DNA from: an uncultured Acidobacteriota bacterium
GTDB lineage: Bacteria; Acidobacteriota; Vicinamibacteria; Vicinamibacterales; UBA2999
Length of the DNA stretch: 64,000 nucleotides
Assembly: GCA_963772955.1 (NCBI GenBank)
Contig: CAVYZF010000014.1
Coordinates: forward strand, 41,490-105,489
Reading direction: 5' to 3'
Below the pieces are notes generated by a model. It searched no databases, was not told the DNA's origin, and saw nothing but the letters and a program-made list of their open reading frames with translations. This document shows, piece after piece, positions 1 through 9,834 of this stretch. The stretch's first letter is position 1. Every line of letters starts with the position of its first letter. The position numbers and the translations under genes are program-made.

Positions 1-2188
1 AGTCAGGAACGAAGTCCCTGTCGTTGTCGATCCACGATCGAGACGACGTGAGCTGGACGTTGTAGCCCGGCTGGCTGGCAAGGCCGCCGACAACGAGCGC
101 CTGCCCGAGCACGTACTTCCCGTAATTGACCTTGATGGCCGTCTTCCCGTCGCCGAAGACGTCCCACGCCGCCGCGACTTTGGGCGTGAAGTCCTTGTAG
201 CGGGTCGTATCGAAGGCCGGGACATCGTAGTTGCGATTCGGCGTCAACAGCGACGGTCCGAGGTGGTATTCGGGGTTCTCTGAATTGAACCAGTCGTAGC
301 GGATGCCCATGCTGAGCGTCACGCGATCGATCGTCCACTTGTCCTGCACATAGATGCCGCCCTCGCCGCTGACCTTGTTCTTCGCGGGCGTCGGACAGTA
401 GGGCTGGATCGACGTGTTCCCTCCGACCAGACCACCATTGACCTGGCGAACGAGCGGGTCCGTGCATCCGTCGGAGCGCAGGGAGAGCGTGGTCGGCACC
501 GGGATGCCCAATCCCACGCCGTTGTTGGCGAGCGTGCTCACGACGTAGCTGTAGGGCACGACGGAGCTGGTGTCGGCCCAGCGCGTCGCACCGTTCAGGT
601 CCATGCCGGTCTTGAACGAATGGGAACCGGTCACATACGACGCGGCAACATTGCCGCGGTAGTTGGGATTGTGGCTCGCTGTATCGGTGGCCCCGACGCG
701 GCCGCGGTAGTTCTGGATTAGCTGCATGTAGCCGGGTATCAGAGTCTGGGGATTGTTGTCGGTAATCCCGACTGCCAGCGGATCGGTCACGTCAGCCTCG
801 GCGCGCTTGCCGCCCCACGTTTCCTGATGGCGCCAGAAACCCGCTTCGAGCAGCAGCCTGTTGGTCATCGGCGCCGACCACTGGACCAGGTTGTCAGAGA
901 ACGGGAAGAAGTACGACGCATTCAACGCTTCTCGCGACGTCGTCGTCGTGGAGTTCAGAGACGTGCGCTTCTTGTTGTTGTAGTAGATGCCCAGCTTGTG
1001 CTTCTCGTTCATCTGCCACGTGAGCCGCACCGTCTGTTCCCAGAAGTTGCCTCCGCCGCCGACCGTCGTTCGGAGTTCCTCATTCGTTGCGGGGTTGTAG
1101 GTCAGGGTTGCGGTGTTGAGCAGCGTTGCGGGAGTCTGGCCTGGGACAAAGTTCTGGTTGGGATAATTGTTCGGGACGTAGTTCTCGGCCGCGGTCCATC
1201 GCGCGGTCGCAAACCACCACAGCCTGTCGCGGATGATCGGACCGCCGTATCCCGGATTGACGTCGTAGACGCTCTTCAGCGCTCCGGGCTGGACTCTGAG
1301 GCCGCGGGCCTCGAGGCTGGTCACCGGATCGTCTTCGATCGTCGAGAAGTTGCTGCCCTGCATCGCCCCGTTCGCGCCGCTGAAGAACATCAGCCCCTTG
1401 AACGTGTTGCCACCCTCGCGCGGGACGTAGTTGATCTGCACGCCGCCGCCGGCGAGCGAGGCATCCGCGCCTGACGTATTGACCGACATCTCCTGCATCG
1501 CGGTGAAGCTGGGCGAGCTGCTGAGAGATTCGCCGAATCGGATCGTCGTCGCGGCCGAGAGGCCACCGATCGTCTGCCGCTGTTCCGCAGGCTTGCCGCC
1601 GTGGATCGCGAGGTCGGTGAACGTGTCACCGGCGGTGCCGCCGACGTCCTGCGATGTCAGTGCGTTGGTGTTGGCCTGACCGACGCCGCCGCCGGCGCCG
1701 AGGATGATGCCCGGCTGCAGTGCGGCGAGGTTGATGCCAAGGCGGCCGGTCGGAATCGCGTCGACGATTTCCTTTGTCACGACTTTCTGGACGGCGGAGC
1801 TCCGCACGTCTACGAGGGGAGTCTGGCCGGTGACGGTGATCGTCTCTGCCAGTGCACCGACTCTCATGTCGGCGTTGACGGTGGCCACGAATGAACCGCT
1901 CAGCTCGATCTGATCGCGGACAAGCGTGTTGAACCCGGGTAGCGTGAAGGTGACCGTATAGGTCCCAGGTTGGAGGTTGATGATCTGGTACGCCCCGGAT
2001 CCGTCAGTGACGGTTGACCGTGTTTTTTCGATCAGGACCGGGCTGGCTGCCTCGACAGTAACGCCGGGAAGCACCGCGCCGGATGTGTCTTTCACGATCC
2101 CTGTGATGGATGCTTGAGCGAATGCGGTCGCTGGCAACACGGCCAGCAGCAGAAGCGCCGCAGCGCCTCTGTTCAGTACGCGCTTCAT
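1..2188 (-). CDS. TonB-dependent outer-membrane receptor with N-terminal carboxypeptidase-regulatory-like domain; C-terminus lies beyond the window start
   Basis: Not in the ORF track because no stop lies inside the window. Reverse translation from ATG 2186-2188 (GGAGG about 8 nt upstream) gives MKRVLNRGAAALLLLAVLPATAFAQASITG. Codons at the window edge read SWIDNDRDFVPD, paralogous to TRTWVDANGNFAPDC of the next receptor. No stop-delimited ORF is listed in this frame. Confidence 0.85.
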   Translation of the reverse strand, partial: MKRVLNRGAAALLLLAVLPATAFAQASITGIVKDTSGAVLPGVTVEAASPVLIEKTRSTVTDGSGAYQIINLQPGTYTVTFTLPGFNTLVRDQIELSGSFVATVNADMRVGALAETITVTGQTPLVDVRSSAVQKVVTKEIVDAIPTGRLGINLAALQPGIILGAGGGVGQANTNALTSQDVGGTAGDTFTDLAIHGGKPAEQRQTIGGLSAATTIRFGESLSSSPSFTAMQEMSVNTSGADASLAGGGVQINYVPREGGNTFKGLMFFSGANGAMQGSNFSTIEDDPVTSLEARGLRVQPGALKSVYDVNPGYGGPIIRDRLWWFATARWTAAENYVPNNYPNQNFVPGQTPATLLNTATLTYNPATNEELRTTVGGGGNFWEQTVRLTWQMNEKHKLGIYYNNKKRTSLNSTTTTSREALNASYFFPFSDNLVQWSAPMTNRLLLEAGFWRHQETWGGKRAEADVTDPLAVGITDNNPQTLIPGYMQLIQNYRGRVGATDTASHNPNYRGNVAASYVTGSHSFKTGMDLNGATRWADTSSVVPYSYVVSTLANNGVGLGIPVPTTLSLRSDGCTDPLVRQVNGGLVGGNTSIQPYCPTPAKNKVSGEGGIYVQDKWTIDRVTLSMGIRYDWFNSENPEYHLGPSLLTPNRNYDVPAFDTTRYKDFTPKVAAAWDVFGDGKTAIKVNYGKYVLGQALVVGGLASQPGYNVQLTSSRSWIDNDRDFVPD

Positions 2189-2400
2189 TCGTACCTCCTG
2201 GAGAGTGACGGGACCCCCAACGCTGTGCTCGGAACCGAGCGCATGTTGCGCTCCGGCTATCCGGCTGATCAATGTGCTATCTGATACGTCAGATAATTGC
2301 GTGGCGGTTATTTATGGCGGGTATATCGATGAAATTTCCCTGAATTTTGCGACATTACCAAAGGGACGGCGGTCCTAGCGACTGGCTTGACGAGAATTGG

Positions 2401-2443
2401 ACAAAAAGAAAAGGCCCGCCCCGGCGAACCGGGACGAGCCTTT
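2401..2443 (-). terminator. Rho-independent terminator downstream of the second receptor gene
   Basis: Minus-strand RNA forms GGCUCGUCCCGG-UUCG-CCGGGGCGGGCC (12 bp including two G-U pairs, UUCG loop, plus coords 2413-2440), followed by UUUUCUUUUUG (2401-2412). Confidence 0.7.
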
Positions 2444-2463
2444 CATGTGACTGCCTAAGCTCG

Positions 2464-2484
2464 CCTACTGCCTACTGCCTACTG
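2464..2484. repeat. Tandem heptad CCTACTG x3 immediately 3' of the receptor stop codon
   Basis: cctactg cctactg cctactg read directly. The same unit recurs at 36438-36468. Confidence 0.8.
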
Positions 2485-2486
2485 CT

Positions 2487-5400
2487 TTAGAAGTCGAACT
2501 GCGCGCTGATCTTGAACAGGCGCGGCAGCAGGATCGACTGTGGCGTTCTCCAAGCGGTGCTCGGCTGCCGGGACGAACGTCGCGTTCTCGGTGAGCACCG
2601 AGTTCGAGTTGGTGATGTTGAAGAAGTCGAAGTTGATCATCGTGCGCGACCCGCCGATTCGGAACAGCTTCGCCACGCGGAAGTCGATCTGGTTCAACCG
2701 CTCGATGTAGACCTCGCCGGCCTCCACGATGTTGTAGTTACGGAACGTCGCGCCGGTGAAAGGCCGACCCAGGTTGGTCGCCGACGCGGGCGTGTTGTAG
2801 TTAGCGTCAGTCTGGATGCCCGGCTGGTTCTGATATGTGCCGCTGACCAGCACGTCGATCTTCGGAATCGTGTAGGTGGCCAGGCCAGTGACGCCCGTGC
2901 GCCAGCCGTTGTTCTGCTCGCAGCGCTCCAGCGGACGTGACGCCGCCGTGAAACTCCGCGTCGGATTGCCCCCTGCCGCCTGCAGCATCTCGGGCAGATC
3001 GTCCACCACTTCGCAGTCGTTGGTTTCGAGGCGGCCCGGTCCGACGCCGGCCTGGAACGTCAGGCCGTTCTGGAGCCGCCCCTGGACCGAGATGTTCACC
3101 GCATCGAAGTGCTCGATCTGCTCGCCGTAGTTCTTCGCGAGCGTGACGAAGTAGTCAGTCGGTCTTGCGTTGCCGGCCGACGTGATGTCGAAGCCTGTCA
3201 ACGGGTAGCTACCGCCGTTGGGCAAGCGCGAATCGCTCGGGACGTTGATGGTGAATTGGTTATAGTCAGCCGCGCTCACCGCCCGGTCATCGGTCACTCG
3301 GAAGTTACCGTATAGACGGCGGGCGTACTGGACGTTGAGAGACAGGCGCGGTGCCAGTTCGTGCTGGATGCTCGTCGTGAACTCCCAGTTGTTGAATCGC
3401 TTGCCCCAGCCATTGAGCAGATCCGGGTCGTAGGTTGTTCCCGCCACGACGGTGCCGAAGATCGCCGCGTTGGTCAACGCGAGGCACTCACCGTTGGCCT
3501 GGTAGTTCTGCAGATTGCAGTCGGGGGCAAAATTTCCGTTGGCATCAACCCACGTGCGGGTGGGGAACGGTGCGGCGGTGCCGGACAGACGATTGAGTGG
3601 GTTCGGCGCGTCGGTGACCTGCGCCGCACCAAACCCGGTCGTCCCCATACCCTCGAGGTACTTGTTCAGCGTGACCTTCAGTGCGGTCTTGCCGTTGCCA
3701 AACAGATCGTAGGTCGCGCCCAGCTTCGGCGTGACGTCTTTCCAGCTGATGTTGTCGATCTTCGGGAACGACACGTTGAGGTTCGGCGCGAGGAACGTCG
3801 GCGAGATCGACGACTCCGGGAAGTGGTTCTTGTAGGCGTCGAATCGCACGCCACCCGCCAGCGTCCAGCGACCCACTGTCCAGCGATCCTGCGCGAAGAG
3901 GCCCATGTCGTAGTCGACGTCCGAGGCGACGGTTCGTGGAATACGGTAGACGACCTGCGACGGCACGCCGTTGGCGAAGTTGAAGTAGTACTCCGTCGCC
4001 GGGTTCGTGTACGTCGTGTTCTCGTGGTGCAGGTAGGCGTTGTTGAAGCCCGACCTTGAAGTTGTGTGAGCCCGTGATGTACGAGGCCGCGACACGGTAG
4101 TGGAGGTTCCAGTTCCACGAGTTGTTGAACGTCCCGCTCGACGCGCGATAGTTCAGGCTGGCGCCGGTCGCGAGCGACGGGTTGTCCACGATGCCGGTGA
4201 TGCCTGGCGCGAGCGCGTCGATGTTGTCGCCCTTGCCCGTCTGCAGGTGCATGTTGCCCCAGCGCTCGACGCGGTGAATGCCGCTCGCCTCGAGCAGCAG
4301 CTTGTTGGTGACCGGTGAGGTCCAGTCGGCGCTGACGAAGCGCTGCAGCGGGAACCGACGATCGCTGGCCGCATCCGGTGTGACGCCGGCGGTCACGCCG
4401 AACGGGCATCCGCAATACGATTCCTGGTCGTAGGTCATGCCCAATTTGTTCTTGTCGTTCAGCTGATAGGTCAGGTGGAGTTGGAAGATCGTCTGATCCT
4501 GGTGCAGGATGGCCTGCTCGCCCGTGCTGACGTAGCGGATCTGCGTCAGGTCGTTCGCGTTGGCGTTCATGAACTGTCCAGCGACGAGATTGTCCGCCTT
4601 CAGCGCACGACCCGAAGCGAAGAACCAGAACTTGTCGCGCACGATCGGTCCGCCAACTCCAGGATTGAAGTCGCCGTTCTCCTTGATCTTGCTCGGCGCC
4701 GTCAGCCCGCGCTGCTGCACGTCGCTGCCGGTGTAGTTGTCGGACGCCCAGCTGCCTCTCGAGTAGCTGCCGAAGATCGTTCCGCTGAACTGATTGCCGC
4801 CATCGCGCGGGATGAAATTGACGCGGACGCCGCCCGTGGCCGCCTGCGCGTCCACCGCCGAGACGTCGATCGCGAATTCCTGCGTTCCAGCCGCATTCGG
4901 GACCGCGCCGCCGCCCCAGCCACCGCCGATGCCGGAACTGAGCGCCACGCCGTTGACCATCATGCGCTGGTCGTTAGTACGTCCGCCGTTTGCCGACAGC
5001 GCCGCGACTTCTGCGACAACGGCGCCGCCGACGTCACGTCCGCCGAAGCTCTGGGTGACGCCAGCGATGAGCACACCCAAGGCGAAAGGATTTCGTGAAC
5101 TCGGGATCTGGGACACGATCTCCTGCGTGATCGACACCTGTCGCGTCGTGCTCTGCAAGTCGACGGTTGGCGTCGCCCCCGAGACCGTGATGGTTTCTTC
5201 CACGGCGCCGACCACCAGATCCGCATTCGCGGTCACGACGCTCGTTCCCTGGAGTTCGAGCTCGTCGCGAACCACGCTCCTGAATCCGGGCAGCGAAAAG
5301 GTCACGCGATACGTCCCGGGCCGAAGGTCCGGGATGATGTAGCGGCCGGTTCCGTCGGTTGTCGCCGAACGAACTTTCTCGATGATCACCGGACTGGCAG

Positions 5401-5539
5401 CTTCTACGGTCACGCCTGGGAGAACGGCTCCGGACGTGTCTCTCACGACGCCTGTGATGGATGCTTGAGCGAGTGCGACCGCTGGCAGCGTGGCCAGCAA
5501 CAGAAGCGCCGCGGCGCCTCTGATCAGTACCTGCTTCAT
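2487..5539 (-). pseudogene. TonB-dependent receptor (CarboxypepD_reg + plug + barrel) with two single-base frame disruptions; paralog of the gene at 1-2188
   Basis: ORFs 3545..5647(-) and 2479..4095(-) are the N- and C-parts of one receptor. SYITGSHNFKVG joins FNNAYLHHENTTY only if one base of the CCC run at 4049-4051 is removed. A second shift near 2556-2570 is needed to reach the canonical barrel end AWRTPQSILLPRLFKISAQFDF-TAA (2487-2489). ATG 5537-5539 has AGGAGG upstream. Confidence 0.85.
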
Positions 5540-5747
5540 TCCTGCCTCCTGGGGTTGGGAACCGCGAACCCGTGCTCGCTGACGACGCGTATGTTGCGTC
5601 TCTGGCATGGATTCAATCAAGCGCTCTCTTGCATTTGATACTTTCAATGCAGTTATTGACGCGCACGTGCGGCCGAGTGATGGTACGCGCCTGCCCCCGA
5701 CATGGGGAGTGACCGGCCTGAAGTATCGCGAAACGCGCGGGAATCAT

Positions 5748-7553
5748 ATGTCAAAAAGCTGTCAAAACTTCCAGAGGGGGATTGCCGTCGCTGCCCTGTG
5801 GCTCGTGTGCACACCGGTGCACGCACAGGACTTTCGACAGACCGTCGTCGTGACGGCGGCGGCGCGCCCGGTGGAGCTTGGCAGCGTGACCCGGACAATG
5901 ACGGTGATCACGCGACAGCAGATCGAAGCGCTCCCGGTGCACAGCGTCGCCGACGTTCTGCGACTCGCCTCATCGATCGATGTCCGGGCGCGTGGCGAAC
6001 GCGGCGTCCAGACCGACTTTGCACTGCGCGGCGCGACCTTCGGCCAGATGCTGATGCTCGTCGATGGCGTCCGGCTGAACGACGCGCAGTCGGGACATCA
6101 CAACGGCGATATCCCCGTGCCGCTCGATCTGGTCGAGCGAATCGAGATCCTCTACGGTCCTGGCTCCTCGCTGTTCGGCGCGGATGCGGTCGGCGGCACG
6201 GTGAACATCGTCACGCGCCGCGACTCGAGCGAAGCGGGTGCAATCGAGGGCGGCAGCTTCGGCCTGATCGCGGGCCGGGGGCAAGCCGATCTCACGCGGG
6301 GCGACCTGCGCGAGTCGCTTGGTGTCTCGTTCGATCGCTCGGACGGGTTCATGTACGACCGCGACTACAAGACCGCCATTCTGCGGTCTCGTACGTCAAT
6401 CGGAAATCGCTCGGGACTGTCCGTGTCGTACGTCTGGAAGGAGTTCGGTGCGAACAACTTCTACGGCGGGAACGCTCCCTCTCGCGAGTGGACGAATCAG
6501 ACGCTCGTGGCCTTCGACCACCGGTTCGGTGAGGTCGCAGGCTGGAACATCGATGGCCAGGCCTCCTATCGGACGCACGGGGATCGGTTCGTCTTCAATC
6601 AAACGAACCCCGCGCTCTCCGACAACCGGCATCGAACCCATGCCGTGCTCGCATCCGCCAGTGGCTCGCGCCCCGTCGCAGGTCGTGGTTCGTTGACTCT
6701 CGGAGCTGAAGCGGGAGGCGACTGGATCCGCTCGACCAACCTTGGCGATCACGAAACGGCTCGCATCAGCGGGTATGGCGAATGGCGGCAGCAGGTTGGT
6801 GCCGGACTGCAGTTCGAGAGTCTGCTTCGGGTCGACCACTACGATGAGTTCGGCACATCCTGGAACCCGTCGTTCGGCACGAGCTGGTGGGCCACATCCT
6901 CAATTCGCCTTCGTGGATCGGTCGCGCGCGCGTTCCGCGTGCCGACGTTTACCGAGCGCTACTACGCGGATCCGGCAAACCTCGCGCGTGAAGAGGTCGG
7001 TCCGGAGAAGGCGTGGGCCGAGGAGGCCGGCGCCGATATCGTGCTTCGCGGCGGATGGCTGCTTCAGACGAGCGTCTTCGCTCGCCAGGACGACGATGTC
7101 ATTGATTGGCTGCGCGCGACGACGGCTGAGCGGTGGCAGACCTACAACGTGCGCGACGTCAGCACGCTGGGTTTCGAGATTGGCGTGCAGAAAGCGCTCA
7201 CCTCCGGCGTGTTCCTGAATGCACAGTACACCGCGATCAGCGTGGACGCGTCGACGGTCAATCTGCTGTCGAAGTACGTGCTCGACTATGCGCCGCATTC
7301 GGTCGCCGCCGGTGCTGCGATTCCGTTGCCTGCTGGTTTTCGCGTCGCGCCGCGTCTGGAGTACCGCCACCGAACGCGATCGAGTGGTGACTCCGACTAT
7401 GTGCTGCTGGACACACGTCTTGGACGACGAATCAACAAGACGTTCGATCTCTTTCTCGACGGTACGAACCTGTTCGACGTGAGCTATCAGGAGATCGCAG
7501 GGGTCGCGATGCCTGGCGCGGCGTTCAGCGTATCGCTGGCGGTGCGTAGATAA
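5748..7553 (+). CDS. TonB-dependent receptor (about 600 aa, plug + barrel), substrate unknown
   Basis: ORF 5607..7553; likely ATG 5748 (MSKSCQNFQRGIAVAALWLVCTPVHAQD signal peptide). Plug motifs: FALRGATFGQMLMLVDGVRLND, IEILYGPGSSLFGADAVGGTVNIVTR. Confidence 0.85.
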   Translation: MSKSCQNFQRGIAVAALWLVCTPVHAQDFRQTVVVTAAARPVELGSVTRTMTVITRQQIEALPVHSVADVLRLASSIDVRARGERGVQTDFALRGATFGQMLMLVDGVRLNDAQSGHHNGDIPVPLDLVERIEILYGPGSSLFGADAVGGTVNIVTRRDSSEAGAIEGGSFGLIAGRGQADLTRGDLRESLGVSFDRSDGFMYDRDYKTAILRSRTSIGNRSGLSVSYVWKEFGANNFYGGNAPSREWTNQTLVAFDHRFGEVAGWNIDGQASYRTHGDRFVFNQTNPALSDNRHRTHAVLASASGSRPVAGRGSLTLGAEAGGDWIRSTNLGDHETARISGYGEWRQQVGAGLQFESLLRVDHYDEFGTSWNPSFGTSWWATSSIRLRGSVARAFRVPTFTERYYADPANLAREEVGPEKAWAEEAGADIVLRGGWLLQTSVFARQDDDVIDWLRATTAERWQTYNVRDVSTLGFEIGVQKALTSGVFLNAQYTAISVDASTVNLLSKYVLDYAPHSVAAGAAIPLPAGFRVAPRLEYRHRTRSSGDSDYVLLDTRLGRRINKTFDLFLDGTNLFDVSYQEIAGVAMPGAAFSVSLAVRR

Positions 7554-7564
7554 ACCCGCGGTAC

Positions 7565-7716
7565 GTCCGACGGGGCGAGGGGGGCGGTGGTGCGACGGTC
7601 CGGTCTGGCGTCTGGGGTCCGGTCCGAAGGTCGGAATTGGACCGTCGGACCCTCGCACCGGACCTTCGAAACCTTCGGACTGGACCATCGCACTCCGCAC
7701 CGTCGCCCCTTCGGAC
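7565..7716. repeat. About 150-bp imperfect palindrome built from GGTCCG/CGGACC-type units between convergent genes (probable bidirectional terminator)
   Basis: Outer arms are gtccgacggggcgaggggggcggtggtgcgacggtccggtc (7565-7605) and gactggaccatcgcactccgcaccgtcgccccttcggac (7678-7716). The inner part is also self-complementary. Confidence 0.7.
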
Positions 7717-7727
7717 CGCAGGTTCTG

Positions 7728-8792
7728 TTACCGGTTTTGTGCCAACGGTTCCTGTTGCGTCAGGCAATGCAGCGTGCCCAGCCCCCACACAAGATCGACC
7801 GCGTGGACGCCGACAATGGTTCGTGATGGCATCAGGTTCGCGAGAATATCGAGCGCCACGCGATCGTTGGGGTCGTTGAACGTCGGCACAATGACGACGT
7901 CGTTGGCGATGTAGAAGTTGGCGTAGCTCGCGGGGAGACGCTCGCCGTTCATCACCACGGCGCGCGGAAAAGGCAGGGTGACGATGTGCAGGGCCGCCAC
8001 GCCTGGCGCCTTCGACGCGTGCTCGAGGCGGTGCAGGTTGTCGATGGATCGCGCGTGGTTCTCGTCGCCCGGATCGGGCTCGACCGCGAGAACGACCGTG
8101 TCCGTCGCGACGAACCTGGCGATGTCATCGATGTGCCCATGCGTGTCGTCGCCGACGCATCCTTCGCCGAGCCAGATCGTCTGATTGATGCCGAACCACT
8201 TCGCAAAGATCTGCTCGTAGTCAGTGCGAGTGAGTCCGGGATTTCGGATCTGGACGTCACTCAACAGCCATTCTTCGGTGACGAGCATGAGCCCGTCACC
8301 GTTGGTCTCGATGCCCCCGCCCTCGAGCACGATGCGTTCGCCATCGTCGCGCGACGGTTCCTCCCGTCGTAGGCCGGCGATGGATGCGACGGCTGTTCCG
8401 ATGCGATCGTCGAGCGCCCAGTTGTCGTACTTCGCCCAGGCGTTGAACTTCCAGTCCAGCAGCACGACTTCGCCTGTCGGGTCGTAGACGCCGATTGGTG
8501 CGGAGTCGCGTAGCCACACGCGATCGGTGGGCACCACGTGGAAGCGGATCCGATCGAGTCGTGCGGCGTGCGCAGAGAGCATCGCGCGGGCCCACGCGAC
8601 GATCTCTTCGGACTGGCACAGGATCTCTACCGGCTCGTACAACGCGATGACGCGCGCGATCTCCGTGTAGACCCACGGAATCGGACCGAACTTTCCGGGC
8701 CAGTCCGGCTCGTGATGCGGCCACGCGATCCACGTGGCGCGGTGAGGTGCCCACTCCGCCGGTAGACGCAGTTGTACGCGGGTGTTGCTCAC
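7728..8792 (-). CDS. aguA: Agmatine deiminase
   Basis: 354 aa with LPAEWAPHRATWIAWPH, GEGCVGDDTHGHIDDIARF and C-terminal GTLHCLTQQEP (catalytic Cys region), as in the agmatine deiminase/PAD_porph family. Confidence 0.9.
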   Translation of the reverse strand: MSNTRVQLRLPAEWAPHRATWIAWPHHEPDWPGKFGPIPWVYTEIARVIALYEPVEILCQSEEIVAWARAMLSAHAARLDRIRFHVVPTDRVWLRDSAPIGVYDPTGEVVLLDWKFNAWAKYDNWALDDRIGTAVASIAGLRREEPSRDDGERIVLEGGGIETNGDGLMLVTEEWLLSDVQIRNPGLTRTDYEQIFAKWFGINQTIWLGEGCVGDDTHGHIDDIARFVATDTVVLAVEPDPGDENHARSIDNLHRLEHASKAPGVAALHIVTLPFPRAVVMNGERLPASYANFYIANDVVIVPTFNDPNDRVALDILANLMPSRTIVGVHAVDLVWGLGTLHCLTQQEPLAQNR

Positions 8793-9736
8793 GCGCCGAT
8801 GTACCGATTCAGGATTGGGCCGTACGCGTCGACTCGCCGGTCACGGAGGAACGGCCAGTTCCGCCGGACGGTTTCGATCAGTGCCGGGTCGCACTGTGCG
8901 ACGAGTATCTCTTCGCTCTCGCCGGCTTCGGCGATGTAGCGTCCGAACGGATCGGCGATGAACGAGTGGCCGAAGAACGTGAGGCCGTTCGTGCCCGGTT
9001 CATCCTCGTGTCCGATGCGGTTCGGCGCGGCGACGTAGACCCCGTTGGCGATCGCATGCGCGCGCTGGATCGTGCGCCACGCATCGATTTGCGCCTGTCC
9101 CCACTCCGCACGCTCCGCAGGATGCCAGCCGATCGCAGTGGGGTAGAACAACACCTGCGCGCCGAGCAGCGACGTGATTCTCGCAGCTTCCGGGTACCAC
9201 TGGTCCCAGCAGATCAGCACGCCGATTGTGGCGTAGCGCGTTTTCCAGACTTTGAAGCCGCCGCGTTGCGCCGACGCATCGCTCGCCGGGGCGGCATCCC
9301 CAGGCGTGAAATAGTACTTCTCGTTGAAGAGCGGATCGTCCGGGATGTGCATCTTGCGATAGACGCCGAGTAGTGATCCGTCTGCATCGATGATGGCTGC
9401 CGAATTGCGATAGACACCTGCCGCCTGCCGCTCGAAGAGCGGGACGATCAGCACGATGCTCAATTCCTTCGCGAGCCGTTGCATGGCGTCCGTGGTGCGG
9501 CCCGGGATCGATTCCGCGAGATCGAAGCGCTCGCTCTGCTGTGACTTGCAGAAGTACGGTGACTGAAAGAGCTCCTTCAGGCACACAATCTGCGCGCCCT
9601 TGCGGGCGGCGTCGCGGACGAGCCGCTCGGTGCCCCGCAGGTTTGCAGCGACATCCGGCGTCGCCTGGTCCTGAATGATGCCGATCGTGAAAGGGGCTCT
9701 CGGCTCTGGGCTCTCGGCTCTGGGCTGCGGTTCCAT
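8789..9736 (-). CDS. aguB: N-carbamoylputrescine amidase (CN-hydrolase family)
   Basis: IVCLKELF and LICWDQWYPE (Cys) nitrilase-superfamily motifs. 4-nt overlap with aguA. ATG 9734-9736 is the only start upstream of the first strand FTIGIIQ. Confidence 0.85.
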   Translation of the reverse strand: MEPQPRAESPEPRAPFTIGIIQDQATPDVAANLRGTERLVRDAARKGAQIVCLKELFQSPYFCKSQQSERFDLAESIPGRTTDAMQRLAKELSIVLIVPLFERQAAGVYRNSAAIIDADGSLLGVYRKMHIPDDPLFNEKYYFTPGDAAPASDASAQRGGFKVWKTRYATIGVLICWDQWYPEAARITSLLGAQVLFYPTAIGWHPAERAEWGQAQIDAWRTIQRAHAIANGVYVAAPNRIGHEDEPGTNGLTFFGHSFIADPFGRYIAEAGESEEILVAQCDPALIETVRRNWPFLRDRRVDAYGPILNRYIGA

Positions 9737-9834
9737 GTTCTGCTTTCAGTCTAAGGTACAAGCAAACTGTAAACTGTAGAGGCATGCCACAAGCCCAGAG
9801 CGAACCCAAAGCCGAGAGCCGAGAGCCGAAAGCC
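9693..9834. repeat. Inverted GGCTCTN heptad arrays flanking the aguB/hom divergent region
   Basis: Left arm 9693-9726 is ggggctctcggctctgggctctcggctctgggct. Right arm 9792-9834 is agcccagagcgaacccaaagccgagagccgagagccgaaagcc and ends at hom ATG 9835. Confidence 0.8.

Noticed and set aside
5610-5747. Possible cobalamin or other riboswitch upstream of the small TonB receptor (GGGGAGTGACCGGCC vaguely recalls a B12 box).
   Set aside because: The other conserved cobalamin-riboswitch blocks (AGGGAA, GGTG..AATCC, GCCACTG) are absent, and the B12-box match needs an insertion. A covariance-model scan is needed before any claim.
9784-9834. Longer N-termini offered by the ORF track for hom (9784), the histidine kinase (40278), the M28 peptidase (60802), yacG (62341), the OPT transporter (30190) and others.
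   Set aside because: The extensions are encoded by the repeat arms or lack any signal-peptide or domain logic. Conserved N-terminal motifs begin at the downstream starts given in the feature table.
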